A DNA stretch of 64,000 nucleotides, taken from Gammaproteobacteria bacterium (lineage in GTDB: Bacteria > Pseudomonadota > Gammaproteobacteria > Eutrophobiales > Eutrophobiaceae). The stretch is from the NCBI GenBank assembly GCA_028281365.1, contig JANQJZ010000015.1:13879-77878 (forward strand), read 5' to 3'. Of this stretch, positions 59,974 through 64,000 are shown one piece after another. The translations under genes were made by a program, and so were the position numbers. Each line of letters starts with the position of its first letter. Positions within the stretch are counted from its first letter, which is position 1. Under the pieces are notes generated by a model that did no database searches, was not told the DNA's origin, and saw only the letters and a program-made list of their open reading frames with translations.

Positions 59974-60671
59974 GAATCTTCTCTATAAATTTGCATTGCA
60001 ACTTTGAGATCTTCCCAGGACTTGCGTTTTTCCCGGGGTGATCTTAATAAATAAGCCGGATGATAGGTCACAACGACTGGAAGATCACTATCCGGGTATT
60101 GGTACACATTACCGCGCATCTTGCCTATCGGTGTATCGACCTTTAACAGGTTTTGTGCTGCGATTCGTCCGACCGCGAGTATTATTTTAGGCTGTATCAG
60201 TTCTATCTGTCGACGTAGATAGGATTCACAGGCAACGACTTCTTCCGGTCTTGGATCACGATTATTCGGTGGCCTGCATTTTAGGATATTTGCGATATAG
60301 ACCTGTTCGCGGCTAAGCCCCATTGCCCTTAACATGGAGTTTAATAATTTACCGGCACGACCGACAAACGGTTCTCCCTGTCGATCTTCTTCTGCACCAG
60401 GTGCTTCACCAATCACTAACCAATCCGCATTCGGATTGCCAACGCCAAACACGGTTTGTGTTCGACCTTCGTGCAAACTACATTGCTGGCACACTGCAAC
60501 CTTTTTCGCCAGTGAATCTAATTCTGGCGAACTGCTTTGTTTCGGTAAATCCGATTTGTTATCTGTCTTTTCTTCTGCAGGTGAATCCATAACATTTAAC
60601 ACAGGTGTATTGCGATCGATCCAGACATCGACACCCATTTCTTTTAAATACTGTAATTGGTTTACTTGCAT
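59970..60671 (-). CDS. Uracil-DNA glycosylase family 4, Fe-S type.
   Basis: 233 aa. 4Fe-4S Cys CQQCSLHE. Motif [21 protein letters not shown]. Motif B region HPAYLLR. Confidence 0.85.
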   Translation of the reverse strand: MQVNQLQYLKEMGVDVWIDRNTPVLNVMDSPAEEKTDNKSDLPKQSSSPELDSLAKKVAVCQQCSLHEGRTQTVFGVGNPNADWLVIGEAPGAEEDRQGEPFVGRAGKLLNSMLRAMGLSREQVYIANILKCRPPNNRDPRPEEVVACESYLRRQIELIQPKIILAVGRIAAQNLLKVDTPIGKMRGNVYQYPDSDLPVVVTYHPAYLLRSPREKRKSWEDLKVAMQIYREDS

Positions 60672-60674
60672 TAC

Positions 60675-62213
60675 TTATAGGCGTTGCGGATGGGCACGTT
60701 CACTATGATCCATGGCCTTGTTCAGCGCATTGATATAGGCCTTGGCCGAAGCAGTCACGATATCCGTATCCGCACCGAGCCCGTTGACAATTCGTCCGTC
60801 CTTATCAATACGCACCGTGACCTCACCTTGTGAATCAATTCCCGCCGTAATGTTATTGACTGAGAATAACTGCAGATTACAGCCACTATTTACCATACTT
60901 TCAATTGCCTTAAAGGCTGCATCTACCGGACCACCACCTTCAGCATTTGCGTGTTGTTCCTCACCGTCAATAGACAAAGTAATTTCTGCTTTCGGTGTTT
61001 CACCTGTCTCTATACCCACCTTTAAAGAAACCAGTTTGATGCGTTCATCAGAGCTGTCCTGGATCGTATCACTGACCAGGGCCTGTAAATCATCATCAAA
61101 GACTTCATGTTTCTTATCGGCCAATTCCTTAAACCTGGAAAACGCGGCATTCAGATCTTCTTCCTTTTCAAAGGTAATGCCGAGTTCTTCCAAACGAGTA
61201 CGGAATGCATTACGACCTGAGTGCTTACCTAATACCATACGGTTCGTATTCCAGCCAACATCCTGGGCACGCATGATTTCATAGGTTTCACGACTCTTTA
61301 AAACGCCGTCCTGATGAATACCTGATTCATGCGCAAAGGCATTGGCACCGACAATGGCCTTGTTCGGTTGCACAGGAAAACCGGTTATCGTAGAAACCAG
61401 ACGCGAGCAATTTACAATCTGGGTTGTATCCAGTTCAGTATCACAGGTAAATACATCACGACGAGTGCGAACGGTCATTACGACTTCTTCTAGTGCCGCA
61501 TTACCGGCGCGTTCTCCCAGACCATTAATTGTACATTCCACCTGTCGGGCACCATTCAATACAGCTGATAAGGAATTACCCACGGCCAAACCAAGATCAT
61601 TATGACAATGTACAGAAAATATGGCCTTGTCTGAGTTCGGTATGTTTTTTATTAATTTTCCGATCAACTCACCAAAGAACTGCGGCAGGTTATAACCGAC
61701 CGTATCCGGGATATTTATCGTCGTTGCACCGGCATCAATCACTGCCTCTATAACACGGCATAAAAAATCGAATTCGGAACGGCCCGCATCTTCGGGAGAA
61801 AATTCAACATTATCCGTATAGTTTCTGGCGCGCTTTACAGCATGTATCGCCGCTTGCAAGACCTGATCAGGCTCCATGCGTAATTTCTCACGCATATGGA
61901 TCGGTGATGTTGCCAAAAACGTATGGATACGCATTGAGTTTGCCGGCTTAAGTGCTTCAGCTGCTCGATCGATATCTTTATCCAGTGCCCTGGCCAAACC
62001 ACAGACAGTACTGTCTTTAATGACTTCTGCAACAGCTTTAACCGCCTCGAAGTCACCCTGGCTGGCAATAGGGAAACCGGCCTCGATAATATCGACACGC
62101 ATTTTTTCCAGCGCCTTGGCGATACGAATTTTTTCGTCCTTCGTCATCGAAGCACCGGGGCTTTGTTCGCCATCGCGTAACGTCGTGTCGAAAATAATTA
62201 ATTTGTCCTGCAT
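60675..62213 (-). CDS. leuA: 2-isopropylmalate synthase.
   Basis: 512 aa. N-terminal [31 protein letters not shown] metal site. C-terminal LeuA allosteric domain. Confidence 0.95.
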   Translation of the reverse strand: MQDKLIIFDTTLRDGEQSPGASMTKDEKIRIAKALEKMRVDIIEAGFPIASQGDFEAVKAVAEVIKDSTVCGLARALDKDIDRAAEALKPANSMRIHTFLATSPIHMREKLRMEPDQVLQAAIHAVKRARNYTDNVEFSPEDAGRSEFDFLCRVIEAVIDAGATTINIPDTVGYNLPQFFGELIGKLIKNIPNSDKAIFSVHCHNDLGLAVGNSLSAVLNGARQVECTINGLGERAGNAALEEVVMTVRTRRDVFTCDTELDTTQIVNCSRLVSTITGFPVQPNKAIVGANAFAHESGIHQDGVLKSRETYEIMRAQDVGWNTNRMVLGKHSGRNAFRTRLEELGITFEKEEDLNAAFSRFKELADKKHEVFDDDLQALVSDTIQDSSDERIKLVSLKVGIETGETPKAEITLSIDGEEQHANAEGGGPVDAAFKAIESMVNSGCNLQLFSVNNITAGIDSQGEVTVRIDKDGRIVNGLGADTDIVTASAKAYINALNKAMDHSERAHPQRL

Positions 62214-62468
62214 TTTTCTTTACTCCGAAACTTGTGCCCAGTCTATTTGGTTCAACTGGGCAATACAAATATGAAACTTGCGTTTTAGAAACGCGGAACT
62301 ACCAACAGATTGTGAAATAGATATTTTTGCCCCTTAGGGCAGTAGGAGTAACAGGCGAGACAAACCGGACTGCAATAAATTGCAGTGGCTAAAAGAATGG
62401 TTTGATGTGTAATTTTCCAAAGTCATAGTCAAAATATATCTACATTGACATAAAATTCAATGAGTAAT

Positions 62469-63218
62469 TCATTCACTCCCGGTATTTTCAGACATTTTTC
62501 TTGATTCGCGATGCTTTCTCAACATAGCTAATGTAATAACAGGGCCAGAAACAGCATATATTCCCGCTAAGCTGAAAAGGACAAGTGGCGGTTCTGAGGC
62601 AATAAAGGCAAATACGGCAACGACTATCAATACTGCCATAAACGGGACGCGGCCCTTCAGGTCAAATTGCTTGAAACTGTGATAACGGACATTACTGACC
62701 ATTAAAATCCCGACCAGGATGGTTGCCGGAAAACAAAACACCAATAAAGTTGCTCCTTCAGCCAGCTCATAACTGCTACCGACCCAAATCATCCCCGCTA
62801 ATACTGCGGCGGCGGCAGGACTGGGAAGACCCTGAAAAAAACGTTTGTCTGCACTTCCGGCCTGCGTATTAAAACGGGCCAGTCTCAATGCTGCTGATGC
62901 AGCATAGACAAAAGCAGCCAGCCAACCCAGCTTACCCATATCTACCAGGGTCCATTGATACATCACTAATGCAGGTGCAAGACCAAATGACACCATGTCT
63001 GACAAACTATCATATTGCACACCAAAATCACTTTGCGTATTAGTTAAGCGAGCAATACGTCCATCCATGCCATCAAGTACCATTGCGACAAAGATTGCTA
63101 TCGCTGCTGCTTCAAATTTTTCATTCATCGCCGCAACAATTGAATAAAAACCAGCGAATAACGCAGCCGTCGTAAATAAATTCGGCAATAAATAAATACC
63201 ACGTCTTCGTTTAGCCAC
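62469..63218 (-). CDS. pssA: CDP-diacylglycerol--serine O-phosphatidyltransferase, CDP-alcohol phosphatidyltransferase class.
   Basis: 249 aa polytopic. CDP-OH motif DGMDGRIAR...SLSDMVSFG. Confidence 0.8.
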   Translation of the reverse strand: MAKRRRGIYLLPNLFTTAALFAGFYSIVAAMNEKFEAAAIAIFVAMVLDGMDGRIARLTNTQSDFGVQYDSLSDMVSFGLAPALVMYQWTLVDMGKLGWLAAFVYAASAALRLARFNTQAGSADKRFFQGLPSPAAAAVLAGMIWVGSSYELAEGATLLVFCFPATILVGILMVSNVRYHSFKQFDLKGRVPFMAVLIVVAVFAFIASEPPLVLFSLAGIYAVSGPVITLAMLRKHRESRKMSENTGSE

Positions 63219-63319
63219 GATCTTTAATCCCTAATGGTAATAAATGAAACCAAAGTTGCAGTGTACCTTTGATAACTTGTTTCTTAAAGAAATGAAACAA
63301 GGATTTTATTAAGAGATTG

Positions 63320-63973
63320 TTAAGACTCTGTAATAACGGATGCGCCGTTTGAGTGAATTAACTGTGCCAATACCGTACTGCCTGAATTAACATGTTGACC
63401 TTCTTCTACTTCGACTTTCGATTGCAACGGCAAAAATATATCGACTACGCCACCAAAATACAGATAACCACAACGTTGTCCCTGTCCAACTCTTTCTCCT
63501 GAATGCAAGTAAACATGAAACCGGCGAATAATATCTTTTAACCTGATTGCAGTTACGACGTCATCACCTTCATCTGTTCGAATGTGAAAATCAAAATGTC
63601 GCCGGGATTCATTCTCGTCAGGTTGTGAACACCATTGTTCCATTACCTTACCTTCGATAGGACTACGTAATGAATAAATATCGTTAACACCCATTGTGAT
63701 TTGTATACGCTTACTGCGGTTCTTTAACCGGATTTCGTCAGCTTCTTCCACCAATGTAATTACACCTTGCACAGGGCTTACCACTGCTAATGGATGTGCA
63801 GGAATGGCTCGATACGGATCACGGAATAAATAAACTGTTATTAACAGAACAGAAAGAGAAAAAATAAAAGCGACTGGCCCGGCTAAAAACTGTGACAACA
63901 ATGTTAAACCTAGCAACACAAACAGGATAGGCCATGCCTCTCGTGCAATAATTGGATATCGATTACTTGGCAT
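63320..63973 (-). CDS. Phosphatidylserine decarboxylase-related protein, short Asd-type proenzyme.
   Basis: 217 aa. N-terminal TM. Self-cleavage GST motif near the C-terminus (VNSGSTVLAQ). Paired with pssA upstream. Confidence 0.7.
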   Translation of the reverse strand: MPSNRYPIIAREAWPILFVLLGLTLLSQFLAGPVAFIFSLSVLLITVYLFRDPYRAIPAHPLAVVSPVQGVITLVEEADEIRLKNRSKRIQITMGVNDIYSLRSPIEGKVMEQWCSQPDENESRRHFDFHIRTDEGDDVVTAIRLKDIIRRFHVYLHSGERVGQGQRCGYLYFGGVVDIFLPLQSKVEVEEGQHVNSGSTVLAQLIHSNGASVITES

Positions 63974-64000
63974 AATCTTACAGAGTGAAAGGTGAAACGT

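Noticed and set aside
60334-60708. 124-aa plus-strand ORF overlapping the UDG gene and the leuA 3' end.
   Set aside because: It is antisense to two well-supported genes. It has an Ala/Pro/Ser-rich low-complexity translation typical of shadow frames.
1-64000. CRISPR arrays, IS elements, transposase and toxin-antitoxin genes.
   Set aside because: There are no regularly spaced direct repeats with unique spacers, no transposase-like ORFs, and no small paired toxin-antitoxin-like ORFs. The only repeats are the coding 21-bp array and the rlmD/SBP inverted repeat.

Overview
This is an AT-rich, gene-dense window with about 69 coding sequences, and its gene synteny is gammaproteobacterial. I found no rRNA, tRNA, CRISPR array, IS element or prophage. 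Conserved housekeeping genes flank two accessory patches. The housekeeping genes are trkA-trkH, trmL, gpsA-secB-yibN divergent from gpmI-envC-ctpA-yibQ-yajL, ubiE-ubiJ-ubiB, hslVU, xerC with DUF484 and dapF, an MscS channel, nagZ, dppBC-like permeases, rlmD, cysM, rimI, UDG4, leuA and pssA with a psd-like gene. Patch 1 (5.0-27.2 kb, minus strand) is a complete MSHA-type type IVa pilus locus with three unusual features. The first is a Wzy_C (PglL/TfpO-like) O-oligosaccharyltransferase gene translationally coupled to the major pilin gene. The second is an extra 4-TM membrane protein between mshF and the pilin gene. The third is the absence of mshQ from its canonical position after mshP, while an ECF sigma / anti-sigma / 1717-aa secreted repeat protein operon sits directly upstream of mshI. 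Patch 2 (48-52 kb) has a second ECF sigma with a single-TM anti-sigma, an acidic secreted peptide, a DUF3106 protein and a secreted EF-hand protein built from 21-bp tandem repeats (DRREDxR heptads), plus a DM13-like protein. Other smaller items are a PilZ-only c-di-GMP receptor, a roughly 120-bp imperfect inverted-repeat element bridging the rlmD stop and an SBP start codon, and palindromes in the pilus promoters. All calls rest on reading the translated ORFs and the DNA directly. No database search was run.
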